Shown here piece after piece: positions 30,580-40,812 of a stretch of 64,000 bases of DNA. Position numbers and translations under genes: made by a program. Positions within the stretch are counted from its first letter, which is position 1, and every line of letters begins with the position of its first letter. Below the pieces are notes generated by a model. The model searched no databases. It saw only the letters and a program-made list of their open reading frames with translations, and was not told where the DNA came from. This stretch comes from an uncultured Gemmatimonadales bacterium (GTDB lineage Bacteria > Gemmatimonadota > Gemmatimonadetes > Gemmatimonadales > Gemmatimonadaceae), in the NCBI GenBank assembly GCA_963851265.1, contig CAWKNZ010000009.1, positions 1 through 64,000 of the forward strand, read 5' to 3'.

Positions 30580-32927
30580 CGCGCTTCCACCTCCGCCGAG
30601 CGTTACTCGGTGCGTCAGGCACGCTCGCCCTCGCCCAGCCCGCCGCCCTCCACGCGCAACGCGGCGCCCTCCCGACGCCGGGCTCGGTGCTCGGCTTCGA
30701 GCCCGGCACGGACCGCAAGCTCCCCGAGTGGCGGCAGGTGGTCGCGTACTTCACCGCGCTCGGCCGGGCGTCGCCGCGCATCGCGGTGCGGACGTTGGGC
30801 ACGACCACGCTCGGGCGGCCCTTCGTCGCCGCGTTCATCGGCGACTCGGCCACGATCGCGAGCCTTCCCCGCTATCAGGCGCTGCAGCGCCGGCTCGCCG
30901 ACCCGCGGCTCCTCGCGCCCGGCGACCTGTCGCGCGTGCTGGCCGACGGCAAGGTCGTCGTGCTCGTCACGTCGAGCATCCACTCGACCGAGGTCGGCGG
31001 GATCCTCACGCCGCTCGTCCTCGCGCATCGACTCGTCGGCGGCGAGGACGCCGAGGCGGCGGCGATCCGCCGCAACGTCCTCGTCATCCTCGTGCCGTCG
31101 CTCAACCCCGACGGCGTCGACATCGTCGGGGGCTGGTACAGGAGCTCGTTAGGCACACCGTGGGAGGGCACGAGCCCGCCGGTGCTCTACCACCACTACA
31201 CGGGACACGACAACAACCGCGACTGGTACGCGTTCACGCAGGCCGAGACGCGGCTGGTGGTCGACTCGCTGTACGGCGTCTGGCACCCGCAGGTGGTGAA
31301 CGACATCCATCAGCAGGGCGCGAACGGCACGCGAATCTTCATCCCGCCGTACATGGACCCGATCGAGCCGAACATCGACCCGATCCTGATGGCCGGCGTG
31401 GCGCAGATGGGCAAGGCGATCACGTGGCGCCTCACGGCGCAGGGCTTCGTCGGCGTCGCCAACAACACGTCGTACGACGCGTGGACGCCGGCGCGCGCGT
31501 ACCAGCACTACCACGGCGCGATCCGCATCCTCACCGAGACCGCGAGCGCCGCGCTCGCGACGCCGATCACGGTAGCGTTCGACTCGCTGCGGCCGGGCTA
31601 CAACGTCGACCCGAAGACGACCGGCGTCGACTTCCTCACGCGTTGGCCTGGCGGGCGGTGGGGGATCGGCGACATCGTGCGCTACCAGACGGCGGCCACG
31701 TGGTCGCTGCTCGCGCAGACCGCCGCCGACCGCGCCGAGTGGCTGGCGAGCTTCGCGCAGGTGGAGCGAAACGCCGTCGCGGGGAACCGCGCGCCCGGCC
31801 GCGGCGACTGGCCGGCGACGATCGTGATCCCCGCACAGCCCGCGCGCGACACCGCCGTGAACGCAGCACTCCGCATCCTGCAGCGCGGGCAGGTGGAGGT
31901 GCGCCGCACGACGGCCGCGTTCAGCGACGCGGGCCGGCGCTACGACGCGGGCAGTTACCTGATCGCGACCGCGCAGCCGTACGGCGCGTTCGCGAAGGCG
32001 CTGCTCGAACGGCAGCACTACCCCGACCTGCGCGAGTACCCGGGCGGTCCGCCGAAGCGCCCCTACGACGTCACGGCGCACACGCTGCCGCTGCTCTACG
32101 GTTTCGACGTCGCGTTCCTCCGCGACGCGCCGCCGGTCGTCGCCACCCCGCTCGCGCCGGTCCCCGCGACGCCCTGGGTGGCCGCAGGCCTCACCAGCGC
32201 GGGACCCACCAACACCGCGACGCGGCGGATCGCGATCTACCGCAATTACCTGCCGTCGATGGACGAGGGGTGGACGCGGTGGGTGTTCGACCAGTACCAC
32301 GTGCCGTACGCGGTGATCACGGCGAAGGACGTGCGCGCCGGCGGGTTGCGCACGCGCTTCGACGCCATCGTCCTCCCGGACCAGGGCGCGCGCCAGATCG
32401 CCCGCGGGCCGACTGGCGCCTACCCGGACTCGCTCAAGGGCGGGCTCGGCGACGAAGGCGCGGCGCAGCTCCGCACGTTCGTCGACGGCGGTGGGACGCT
32501 CGTCGCCTTCAACGAGGCGAGCGAGTACGCGATCGACGCGCTCTCGCTGCCGGTGCGCAACGTGCTGTCTGGCGTTAGGCCGAGCGAGTTCTACGCGCCG
32601 GGCGCGCTGCTGCGTGTGGAACTCGACCGGGGCAGTCCGATCACGGCGGGCATGACGGCGCCGGAAGCGGCGGTCTGGTTCGAGAGCGGACCGGCGTTCG
32701 AGGTGACCGACTCCGCGCGCGTCACGACCGTCGCGCGCTACCCCGCCGCGGGTGACCCGCTGCTGTCGGGTTGGCTGCTCGGCGGGTCGAGGCTGATCGG
32801 CCGCGCGGCATTGGTCAGCGTGCAGAGTGGCCAGGGGCGCGTCGTGCTCTTCGGGTTCCGTCCGCAGTACCGCGGGCAGAGCATGGCGACATTTCCACTC
32901 GTGTGGAACGCCTTACGTGAACGGTAG
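30576..32927 (+). CDS. M14 zinc carboxypeptidase with C-terminal glutamine-amidotransferase-like domain
   Basis: IHSTE, PSLNPDG, DNNRDW, DIHQQG, MDEGWTRWVFD. GTG overlaps the S9 stop. Confidence 0.88.
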   Translation: MTRFHLRRALLGASGTLALAQPAALHAQRGALPTPGSVLGFEPGTDRKLPEWRQVVAYFTALGRASPRIAVRTLGTTTLGRPFVAAFIGDSATIASLPRYQALQRRLADPRLLAPGDLSRVLADGKVVVLVTSSIHSTEVGGILTPLVLAHRLVGGEDAEAAAIRRNVLVILVPSLNPDGVDIVGGWYRSSLGTPWEGTSPPVLYHHYTGHDNNRDWYAFTQAETRLVVDSLYGVWHPQVVNDIHQQGANGTRIFIPPYMDPIEPNIDPILMAGVAQMGKAITWRLTAQGFVGVANNTSYDAWTPARAYQHYHGAIRILTETASAALATPITVAFDSLRPGYNVDPKTTGVDFLTRWPGGRWGIGDIVRYQTAATWSLLAQTAADRAEWLASFAQVERNAVAGNRAPGRGDWPATIVIPAQPARDTAVNAALRILQRGQVEVRRTTAAFSDAGRRYDAGSYLIATAQPYGAFAKALLERQHYPDLREYPGGPPKRPYDVTAHTLPLLYGFDVAFLRDAPPVVATPLAPVPATPWVAAGLTSAGPTNTATRRIAIYRNYLPSMDEGWTRWVFDQYHVPYAVITAKDVRAGGLRTRFDAIVLPDQGARQIARGPTGAYPDSLKGGLGDEGAAQLRTFVDGGGTLVAFNEASEYAIDALSLPVRNVLSGVRPSEFYAPGALLRVELDRGSPITAGMTAPEAAVWFESGPAFEVTDSARVTTVARYPAAGDPLLSGWLLGGSRLIGRAALVSVQSGQGRVVLFGFRPQYRGQSMATFPLVWNALRER

Positions 32928-33277
32928 AGGTTGCGTGACCGCCACGCGGCACGGACCGCGGGCAGCCGCAGCCTGTAGCGGCACCGCGCCGTCGTCGACG
33001 ACTGCACGCGGCAGGGCCGCGCGAGCGAGGGCCCCGGACTGGCGGTGGACGCCTCGCTTCCGAGCGGGTGCGTGATCGCGGACCCGCAGCGGCAGCGCGG
33101 GCGTCCAAGCGGCGGACGAGGCGAGATGCGTCGAGGCGCGGAGCGTCTCTCGAACCGAGGTCCGAAGGTATGTCCGCCGCCGCGGACCAGCACGCGCCTG
33201 CGGCGCGGCCGGCCCGGCCGTGACTCCTCCGCACGTCGGAGCGTCCGTGGTATGCCAGCGATCGGTCGTTCCCTCCC

Positions 33278-33823
33278 GTGCCTCTCACCGCGTTCGGTTC
33301 CGTGCGCTTCGACCGCTCCCGTCTATCCTCCGGCGCCGCACCGGTCCGCCGCGGGCGGAGCCTGCGCGTCGGAATGTCCCTCATCGAGGTGCTGGTCGCT
33401 CTCTCGCTGCTCGCGATCGCCGCGATGCTGACGATGCCGAAGGCGCTCGCGTTGCGACGGAGCGCGGCGACGGCCGCGGCGCGGCGTCAGATCGCGGCCG
33501 TCGCGGAAGCCGCGCGCGCGAGCGCGCTCCAGCGTCAACGTCCCGCGACCATACGGGTGACCGCTACGCGCACGGGCGCCACGCTGACGGCGAGCGTCGA
33601 CACCGGCGGGACGAGTCCCTACGTCGTATCGACACTCTCGGTCGCCGTCCCCGTCACCGAACGCCTGGCGGCGGACAGCCTCCTCACGTATGACGCGCGC
33701 GGCCTCCCGAGTCCGCGCCGGACGGCGATGATCGTGTACCTGCTCGGCGCGGCCACCGGCACGAAGGATTCCGTCTGCCTCTCGCCGTACGGCCACCTCC
33801 TGCCGCGGAACTGCGCACTGTGA
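33278..33823 (+). CDS. Prepilin-type protein (FimT/GspH-like)
   Basis: G|MSLIEVLVAL class III signal followed by a hydrophobic helix. Start uncertain. Confidence 0.8.
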   Translation: MPLTAFGSVRFDRSRLSSGAAPVRRGRSLRVGMSLIEVLVALSLLAIAAMLTMPKALALRRSAATAAARRQIAAVAEAARASALQRQRPATIRVTATRTGATLTASVDTGGTSPYVVSTLSVAVPVTERLAADSLLTYDARGLPSPRRTAMIVYLLGAATGTKDSVCLSPYGHLLPRNCAL

Positions 33824-34224
33824 CCGGCACCGAGCGGTGCGCGCCGGGCGCGCGCGGGGCGCCTCGCGTGCGCGCCGGCCTGCGGCGCGGCGCGTCGTTG
33901 ATCGAGGTGATGATCGCGCTGTGCGTGGTCGCCGTCGGGGTGCTCGCGCTGGCCGGCATCGGGCCGGTGTTCGCGCGCCTACAGCGCAAGGGGAGCGGCT
34001 TCACGCAGGGCGCCGTCACCGCACAGTCGCGCTTCGATTCGCTGGCGTCCGTCCCCTGTCACACGATCCCGCTCAACGCGACCGTCGTCGCCGTCACACG
34101 CGGCGTCCGGGAACGGTGGACCGTGACGGCCGGGTACCAGGTCCTGAACGTGACCGACAGCGTCAAGGTGGCCGGCCTGGCGCGGTCTATCGGCTACCTC
34201 TCGGTGATCCCGTGTCGCAACTGA
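33820..34224 (+). CDS. Minor pilin (PilV-like)
   Basis: RRG|ASLIEVMIALCVVAVGVLALAG. Overlaps the upstream stop. Confidence 0.8.
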   Translation: MTGTERCAPGARGAPRVRAGLRRGASLIEVMIALCVVAVGVLALAGIGPVFARLQRKGSGFTQGAVTAQSRFDSLASVPCHTIPLNATVVAVTRGVRERWTVTAGYQVLNVTDSVKVAGLARSIGYLSVIPCRN

Positions 34225-35204
34225 GCGGTTCGCGCCGCCGGTGCGCCTCGCCACCCGCCGCGTCGCCGCGCGCGCGGCCGCGGCCGCACGGGTTCACCCT
34301 CATCGAGCTGCTCATCGCGCTCGTCCTCGCGGCGCTGTGCGGCACGATGCTGACCGTGCTGCTCGCGTCGCAGCAGCGGATGTACGCGGTGCTCGACACC
34401 CGCGTCCGCGTCCAGCGCAACCTGCGAACCGGCGTGAGCGTGCTCCCCGCCGACCTGCGATCCGCGTCCGTGTCGCAGCGCGACCTCGTGGCCCTGCAGG
34501 ACACGATGGTGGAGCTGCGCGCGACGATCGGCTCCAGCATCGTGTGCGGGATCCCGAACAAGTCGCAGATCGACCTGCCACCCCTCAACGCGTCGAAGAA
34601 CGTCCTCTCGACCTGGTATTCGGTTCCGGTCACCGGCGACACGGTGTGGGTCTACGACGAAAACGTGAAGCCCACGCCAGAGGACGACCGCTGGAGCCCG
34701 TACCGGATCACCGCGTTCGCCGTCGCGCCCACGTCCGGCGCCGTCGCGTGCGCCAACTCGGCGTTCCTCGATCCGACGCAGGACGCCGCCACCGCCAAAC
34801 CGCGGTACCGCGTGACCCTGTCCGACACCCTGACCGACTCGGTGCGCCTCGGGGCGGGCGTGCGGTTCACCCGGAGGGTGCGCTACAGCCTGTACACGCC
34901 CGCGGGCGCGAGCGCGGCGTATCTCGGCTACGCCGAGAGTTCGGCGAGCGGCTGGTCCGCGCCTAACGTGCTTGCCGGACCGTTCCACCGGCCCGCCGCG
35001 GCGGGCCGCGGCGGCATCGCGTTCGCCTACTTCGACTCGACCGGCGCGGCGATCGCGGCACCGGTCGCGACGGCGGACCTCGTGCGCGTCTCGCGCGTCG
35101 ACGTCACGCTCCGCTCGACCATGCAGCCGCCGCGCACCATCGACACGCTCCGCGCGATCCGCGACTCGGCCCGCGTCCGCGTCGCGCTGCGCAACCGCCA
35201 ATGA
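34212..35204 (+). CDS. Minor pilin (PilW/GspJ-like)
   Basis: G|FTLIELLIAL, L.ADLRS, C-terminal RVALRN. Confidence 0.82.
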   Translation: MSQLSGSRRRCASPPAASPRARPRPHGFTLIELLIALVLAALCGTMLTVLLASQQRMYAVLDTRVRVQRNLRTGVSVLPADLRSASVSQRDLVALQDTMVELRATIGSSIVCGIPNKSQIDLPPLNASKNVLSTWYSVPVTGDTVWVYDENVKPTPEDDRWSPYRITAFAVAPTSGAVACANSAFLDPTQDAATAKPRYRVTLSDTLTDSVRLGAGVRFTRRVRYSLYTPAGASAAYLGYAESSASGWSAPNVLAGPFHRPAAAGRGGIAFAYFDSTGAAIAAPVATADLVRVSRVDVTLRSTMQPPRTIDTLRAIRDSARVRVALRNRQ

Positions 35205-36397
35205 TCCCGTATCCAGCCATTCCCCCCCGCCGTCCTGCGGCGCCCACCGCGGGCGCCCGCCGCGGGAGCGTGCTGCCGCTCTCGCTCGTGGTCCTCACGC
35301 TGGTCCTCGTCCTCGCGATGGGCGGGGCGGCGGCCATGACCCAGAGCTACCGCGGCGGACGCAACGTGCTCGTCGAGCAGCGGGCGTTCACCGTGGCGGA
35401 GTACGGACTGAACCGCGAGATCAGCGCGTGGCGTCGGAGCCGGAACCTCCCCGCGCCGACCGGAATGGCGATCGGCGCGACGGACGACAGCTCCGTCTAC
35501 GTGGCGGCCGGCGACACGGCGCGCGTGCGGATCACGCGCCTCACGCCGATGACGTTCTGGGTCGTCAGCGTCGGGCGGGCGTCGATCGGACGGCCGGCGA
35601 TCACGGCGCAGCGCACGACCAGCGCGTACGTGCGACTCGCCTACCCGACCATCATCCCGCGCGCCGCCATCGCGGTGGACGGGGGCGTCACGGTGTCGGG
35701 CAGCGCGCTCCTGAGCGGCACGAATACCACGCCCTCGGGGTGGACGCAGTGCGACTCGCTCGGCGGACCGAACGCGCCCGCGATCCTCGCGCCGCCCGGC
35801 TCGAGCGTCAGCTACAGGTCGCAGAACATCGCGAGCTCGCCGGCGGTGGTCTACGACACGGCGGCGGCGGACTCCAACAACTACGTCCGGTTCGGCACGG
35901 AGACGTGGACGTCGCTCCAGCAGAACGCGGACATCACGCTGCCATCAGGCGTGTACGGCTCGGCGATCGGACCCACGCGCACCGCGGGCGGCGCGTGCGA
36001 CGTCACGAACCAGTACAATTGGGGGGAGCCGACGCGCGGCACGGGCAGCGTCACGGTCTGTCAGACGTACTTCCCGATCATCTACGTCAACGGCGACCTC
36101 TCCATCAACGGCAACGGGTACGGCCAGGGCGTGTTGCTCGTGAACGGGAGCCTGAGCATCAACGGGAGGTTCCAGTTCGACGGCCTGGTGATCGTGCGCG
36201 ACGACATCAACAAGGGGAACGGAACGGCCACGGTGTTCGGATCGATGCTCGCGCGCAACGCGACGCTCAGCGACGGCAGTTCGATGATCAACGGGAACCA
36301 GACGGTCACGTACTCGACGTGCGCCGTCGCGAGCGCGCTTCGCGCGTCGGCGATCCTCGTACGGGTTCGCGACCGGTCGTGGGCGCAGATGTACTGA
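35201..36397 (+). CDS. PilX-like minor pilin
   Basis: RRG|SVLPLSL (no Glu5, as typical of PilX/GspK), AF..AEYGL, GVLLVNGSL...G...F.GLVIV. Confidence 0.78.
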   Translation: MIPYPAIPPRRPAAPTAGARRGSVLPLSLVVLTLVLVLAMGGAAAMTQSYRGGRNVLVEQRAFTVAEYGLNREISAWRRSRNLPAPTGMAIGATDDSSVYVAAGDTARVRITRLTPMTFWVVSVGRASIGRPAITAQRTTSAYVRLAYPTIIPRAAIAVDGGVTVSGSALLSGTNTTPSGWTQCDSLGGPNAPAILAPPGSSVSYRSQNIASSPAVVYDTAAADSNNYVRFGTETWTSLQQNADITLPSGVYGSAIGPTRTAGGACDVTNQYNWGEPTRGTGSVTVCQTYFPIIYVNGDLSINGNGYGQGVLLVNGSLSINGRFQFDGLVIVRDDINKGNGTATVFGSMLARNATLSDGSSMINGNQTVTYSTCAVASALRASAILVRVRDRSWAQMY

Positions 36398-36548
36398 CGG
36401 CGCCCGATCGTCGCGCCACGTACAACGGGGCCTAACGTCCGTCCGCGGTACCGTCGCGGTCTCGCCCGGCGTCGGGGTCTCATCGGCGTTAGTCGCGCTC
36501 GGGTCTGGGATGGGCGTCCGCGCGCGGCGCGGACGACGGTGAGCGCAC

Positions 36549-36968
36549 GTGCTCGCGTCAGGCCCGTCAAGGGTCGCGCGCCCGGCCCGCACAGCACGTC
36601 CGCGATGGCGTATCCGAGGTATCACTCGCCACCTTCGAGGCGCACGCCGGCGGCGACGACGTACCCCGACGCGCCAGGGGCGAGCGTGGCCAGGCGTCCG
36701 ACGAACGCCGGCGCCAATCGGCGGCCGCGGTCGGGAGCACGTCGCCCTCATCGAGTGGTCCGGCGACTGTTGGACGGGGTATCTGCGCCACGACCAGCGT
36801 GCGCGCTCCGTACACGAGGGGCGCGAGGCGACCTTCGTCCTCGTCGAGAACACGTCGCTCCAGCGGGCGATCGACGCCGAGCTCGAGGACGTGCCCACCC
36901 TGGCATCGCCGACCGCGGGTGAGCGGCAGGGCACGAACGGGAACGCGCAGGCGCGGCGGTCTGCCTAA
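36549..36968 (+). CDS. Hypothetical protein (5' end uncertain)
   Basis: 3' half (EHVALIEWSGDCWTGYL..ATFVLVENTSL) has host-like codon usage. The stop lies in a GCCTAAC motif. Confidence 0.35.
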   Translation: MLASGPSRVARPARTARPRWRIRGITRHLRGARRRRRRTPTRQGRAWPGVRRTPAPIGGRGREHVALIEWSGDCWTGYLRHDQRARSVHEGREATFVLVENTSLQRAIDAELEDVPTLASPTAGERQGTNGNAQARRSA

Positions 36969-37057
36969 CATACCGGCGCGCGGGTCCGTGAGCGTCCGGG
37001 AACGTGGGGCGCGTCAGGGCGCCCGAACCAAACGGTGTTCGCGAGGGGGGTACGGGC

Positions 37058-37074
37058 CCGGCATGTGCTTTGCT
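37058..37074 (+). promoter_or_regulatory. Putative sigma54 (-24/-12) promoter of cphA
   Basis: CCGGCATGTGCTTTGCT has GG-N10-GC spacing with TTGCT, about 70 bp upstream of ATG 37146. Confidence 0.6.
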
Positions 37075-37145
37075 CCCAAATGAATCATCCTGCAGTCGAT
37101 CGCAGGCGTGCCCAGGACCTGATCTAACGCGCGCCCCCGCCACTG

Positions 37146-39827
37146 ATGGCCGTTTCCGTCGAGCTACCCGCACCGCCGGCCTCCACCGCCCCAGACCCGC
37201 GCGAGCTGGTGGTCACCCACGTCCGTGCCCTGCGCGGTCCCAACTACTGGCGCCTCGCGCCGGTCATCGCCTGCGACGTCCGGCTCGGCGCGCTCGAGCG
37301 GGTGACGTCCGCGGACATGGACGGCTTCGCCGACTGCCTCCTCGCGGCGATGCCGAGTCTCCACGAACACCCGTGCAGCCCCGGCCGCCCGGGCGGCTTC
37401 GTCGAGCGACTCGCCCGCGGCACGCACCTGCCGCACATTCTCGAGCACGCCGCGCTCGAGTTCCAGACGCTGGCCGGGAACGACGTGCACTTCGGGCGGG
37501 TCGTGCCGAGCGGCGATCCGGGCGTGTGCTGGGTGATCGTCGAGTACGACGAGGAGGAGGTCGGCCTCGAAAGCGTGCGCGAGGCGGCCGCGCTCGTGCG
37601 CGCCTGCATGGACGGCACGCCGTACGACATGGACGGCGTGGTGCGACGGCTCGTGCGGCTTCACGAGACCGCGCGTCTCGGACCCTCGACGTCGGCAATC
37701 GTCGAGGAGGCGCGGCGCCGGGGGATCCCGGTGCGCCGACTGAACGAGCGTTCGCTCGTGCAGTTGGGCCTCGGCCGCAACCTCCGGCGGCTTCGCGCCA
37801 CCGTCACCGGGTCCACATCGCTGATCGGCGCGGAGATCGCCCAGGACAAAGAGGACACGCGGCGCGCGCTCCAGAACGTCGGGCTGCCGGTGCCGCGGGG
37901 GGGTGTGGCCGATACGCTCGACGACGCGCTCGCGCTCGCAACGCGCGTCGGCTATCCCGTCATCCTGAAGCCGGTCAACCTGAATCACGGTCGGGGCATC
38001 TCCGACCGCCTCGACACGCCGGACGATCTCGCGGCCGCGTGGGAGGCGATGCCCGAGGAAGTCCATCGCGGGTCGTCGCGCGGGCTCATCGTCGAGCGGT
38101 TCGCCACGGGACGCGATCACCGAGTGCTCGTGGTGAACGGGCGGGTGGTGGCGTGCGCCGAGCGCGTACCGGCGCACGTGGTCGGCGACGGCGTGCGCAG
38201 CGTGAGGGCGCTCATCGAGGACGCGAACCGCGACCCGCGCCGAGGGCGCGGGCATGCCAAGGTGCTCACCTTCCTTCCCTGCGACTCGACGACGGAGGAG
38301 TACCTCGTCCGCCGCGGGCTCACGCTCGACAGCGTGCCGGCCGCGGGTGAGCCGGTGTTCCTGCGCGCGACGGCGAATCTGAGCACCGGCGGCACCGCGG
38401 TCGACCGCACCGAGGAGATGCACCCCGACAACGTGACCGCGTGCGAGATGGCGGCGGGGATCGTCGGGCTGGACGTGGCCGGGATCGACGTGCTCACCCC
38501 GGACATCTCGCGGCCGTTCCGCGAGACCGGCGCGGTTATCATCGAGGTGAATGCGGGGCCGGGGATCCGCATGCACACGCATCCGGCCGTCGGCACTCCG
38601 CGGAACGTCGCCGCGCCGATCGTCGACATGCTCTACGCCCCCGGGCAGCCGACGACGATCCCGGTAATCGCCGTCACCGGGACTAACGGCAAGACCACGA
38701 CGACTCGCCTCATCGCCCACCTCTTCCGCCACACGGGCGTCAACGTCGGCTTCACCACGACCGACGGCATCTACGTCAACAACCGCCTCGTGGCCGAGGG
38801 TGACATGACGGGGCCGTGGTCGGCGAACGTGATCCTCTCCAACCCGACGGTCGACGTGGCGGTGCTCGAGACCGCGCGCGGCGGGCTCCTGCGTGCGGGG
38901 CTCGGGTTCGACGAGTGCGACGTCGCGATCGTGATCAACGTCTCGGCCGACCACCTCGGGATCGGCGGAATCCATACGCTCGATCAGCTCGCGATGGTCA
39001 AGGGCGTCGTGCCCGCGGTCGCGAAGCGCGAGGGGCACGCGGTGCTCAACGCCGACGACCCGCTCGTCTTCGGGATGGCGGCGCGGACGAACGCCGACGT
39101 GGTGCTCTTCTCGACGCGCCCGGCCGGCGAGAATCCCGAGTTCGAGGCGCACCTCGCGCGCGGCGGGATCGGGGCGCGTATCGCGGACGACGCCTTCGTC
39201 GTGTGCCGCGGCAAACTGCGCATCCCGATCGCGGCCGTGCGCGACGTGCCGTTGATGTTAGGCGGCGCGGCGCGGTTCCAGGCGCAGAACGTGCTCGCCG
39301 CGGTGCTCGCCGCGTACGTGCGCGGCGTGCGGTACGACGACATCCGTGCCGGTCTGCTCACGTTCTTCCCGTCCACGGCGCTCACCCCCGGGCGCGTCAA
39401 CCTCCTGCGGCTCGGGCGCAAGCGCGTCCTCGTCGACTACGGGCACAACGCCGCCGCGGTGGAAGGCATCGTCGACGTCGCGCGGCACCTCGAGGCGCGG
39501 CGCCGCGTGGGCGTGGTGACCGGCCCGGGCGACCGCCGCGACGAGGACCTCCGCACGCTGGGGCGCCTCATGGCGCCGCTCGACCATGTCATCATCAAGG
39601 AGGACGTCGACCGCCGCGGCCGCCGGCCCGGCGAAATTGCCGCGCTCATCCGCGAGGGGCTTCTCGAAGGCGGGCTCGATCCGGCGCACCTCGAGGAGGT
39701 GCTCGACGAGCGTGCGGCCGTCCAGCGCGCGGTCGACATCCTCGACGACGGCGACCTCGCCCTGGTAGCCGCGGTCGACGTCCGCACCGTGCTCGACCTG
39801 CTCGGCGCTCTCGGCGCGCACGGGTGA
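37146..39827 (+). CDS. cphA: Cyanophycin synthetase (CphA1)
   Basis: LRGPNYW, HILEHAALEFQ, LGPST, ATP-grasp (KP...NHGRG, ANLSTGG, IEVNAGPG) and Mur-ligase domain (VTGTNGKTTT, ETARGG, DYGHN, GDRRD). Confidence 0.96.
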   Translation: MAVSVELPAPPASTAPDPRELVVTHVRALRGPNYWRLAPVIACDVRLGALERVTSADMDGFADCLLAAMPSLHEHPCSPGRPGGFVERLARGTHLPHILEHAALEFQTLAGNDVHFGRVVPSGDPGVCWVIVEYDEEEVGLESVREAAALVRACMDGTPYDMDGVVRRLVRLHETARLGPSTSAIVEEARRRGIPVRRLNERSLVQLGLGRNLRRLRATVTGSTSLIGAEIAQDKEDTRRALQNVGLPVPRGGVADTLDDALALATRVGYPVILKPVNLNHGRGISDRLDTPDDLAAAWEAMPEEVHRGSSRGLIVERFATGRDHRVLVVNGRVVACAERVPAHVVGDGVRSVRALIEDANRDPRRGRGHAKVLTFLPCDSTTEEYLVRRGLTLDSVPAAGEPVFLRATANLSTGGTAVDRTEEMHPDNVTACEMAAGIVGLDVAGIDVLTPDISRPFRETGAVIIEVNAGPGIRMHTHPAVGTPRNVAAPIVDMLYAPGQPTTIPVIAVTGTNGKTTTTRLIAHLFRHTGVNVGFTTTDGIYVNNRLVAEGDMTGPWSANVILSNPTVDVAVLETARGGLLRAGLGFDECDVAIVINVSADHLGIGGIHTLDQLAMVKGVVPAVAKREGHAVLNADDPLVFGMAARTNADVVLFSTRPAGENPEFEAHLARGGIGARIADDAFVVCRGKLRIPIAAVRDVPLMLGGAARFQAQNVLAAVLAAYVRGVRYDDIRAGLLTFFPSTALTPGRVNLLRLGRKRVLVDYGHNAAAVEGIVDVARHLEARRRVGVVTGPGDRRDEDLRTLGRLMAPLDHVIIKEDVDRRGRRPGEIAALIREGLLEGGLDPAHLEEVLDERAAVQRAVDILDDGDLALVAAVDVRTVLDLLGALGAHG

Positions 39828-39859
39828 CGCGTCCTCGTCTCACACCGTAGCCGGCGCGG

Positions 39860-40741
39860 TCATCGCGTCCCGGCGAGCCGCTCCTCCGCCTTCCGGGCCG
39901 AGTGGCACGCCGGCGTGCGCCGGGCGAAGTCGAAGGTGTCACCCGTGTTGAGCAGGTGTAGCCGGAGGTCGAACACCGACAGCGTGCGGTCGCGCGCCTC
40001 GTCGACGAGGTTGCTGTGCGTCACGTCCCGGCCGTCGATCACGTACACGCCCCCTTCACCGAGTACCGTGAACGCGCGGCCGTCATCGCAGACGATCGCG
40101 GTGTCCTCGTCGATGCCGACTCCGAGCATGCGCGGGTTTTGCGCGACCGCGCCGATGAGGCGCCCGACGCGCCCCCGCTCGGCGAAGTGCTGGTCGACGA
40201 TCACGCCCGACAGGAATCCGAATCCCGGCGCCATCCGGAGTGCGTCGTCTACCCGCGGTGAGACCGAGCTGTTGCCGGTGACCAACATGGTCTCGCAGAC
40301 CACGGACGCCCCGGCCGAGGTGCCGGCCACGCACCCACCGCCCTCGTAGATCGCGCGGACGCGCTCGTAGATCGGGGTGTCGCCGAGCTGGCTGGTGAGC
40401 TTGAGCTGATTCCCACCCGTGAAGAACACCACGGCCGCGTCGTCGAGCACACCGAGGCGTTCGGCGTCGTGCGCCTCCTCGCGCGTGTCCACGTGCAGGT
40501 GGCGGACGTCGTGCACGCCGAGGTCGCGGAACACCGGCTCGTATTCGCCCCAGAGCTCGTCGGGAAGATTGCTCGCCGCCGTGACGACGACGAGTGCGCC
40601 GCGGTCGGCGTGGGCGGCGACGGCGCGTAGGATCAGGCAGTCGCCCTTCTTGTCCTCGTGTCCACCGATGATGATGAGCGTTCCGGTGGATGCGGCGGTC
40701 GGGCTGGAACCGTCCTGGTCGGATTGATCGTGGTGAGCCAT
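39860..40741 (-). CDS. cphB: Cyanophycinase
   Basis: LIIIGGHEDK, FFTGGNQL, AGTSAGA, DQHFAERGR.GRL, GIDEDTA. Confidence 0.94.
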   Translation of the reverse strand: MAHHDQSDQDGSSPTAASTGTLIIIGGHEDKKGDCLILRAVAAHADRGALVVVTAASNLPDELWGEYEPVFRDLGVHDVRHLHVDTREEAHDAERLGVLDDAAVVFFTGGNQLKLTSQLGDTPIYERVRAIYEGGGCVAGTSAGASVVCETMLVTGNSSVSPRVDDALRMAPGFGFLSGVIVDQHFAERGRVGRLIGAVAQNPRMLGVGIDEDTAIVCDDGRAFTVLGEGGVYVIDGRDVTHSNLVDEARDRTLSVFDLRLHLLNTGDTFDFARRTPACHSARKAEERLAGTR

Positions 40742-40812
40742 CGGTGTCGTCGTTGGGCCGGTGATGTGGTCGCCTGCGGCGACCTCGGCGTGTGTCCGTT
40801 CGGTCTGGCTGG

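Noticed and set aside
19938..32578. Very long overlapping or antisense ORFs (e.g. 19938-22625, 20110-22503, 28102-30477, 30728-32578; similarly 49665-53141)
   Set aside because: Arg/Ala/Pro-rich shadow frames expected at this GC content, overlapping genes with clear family motifs.
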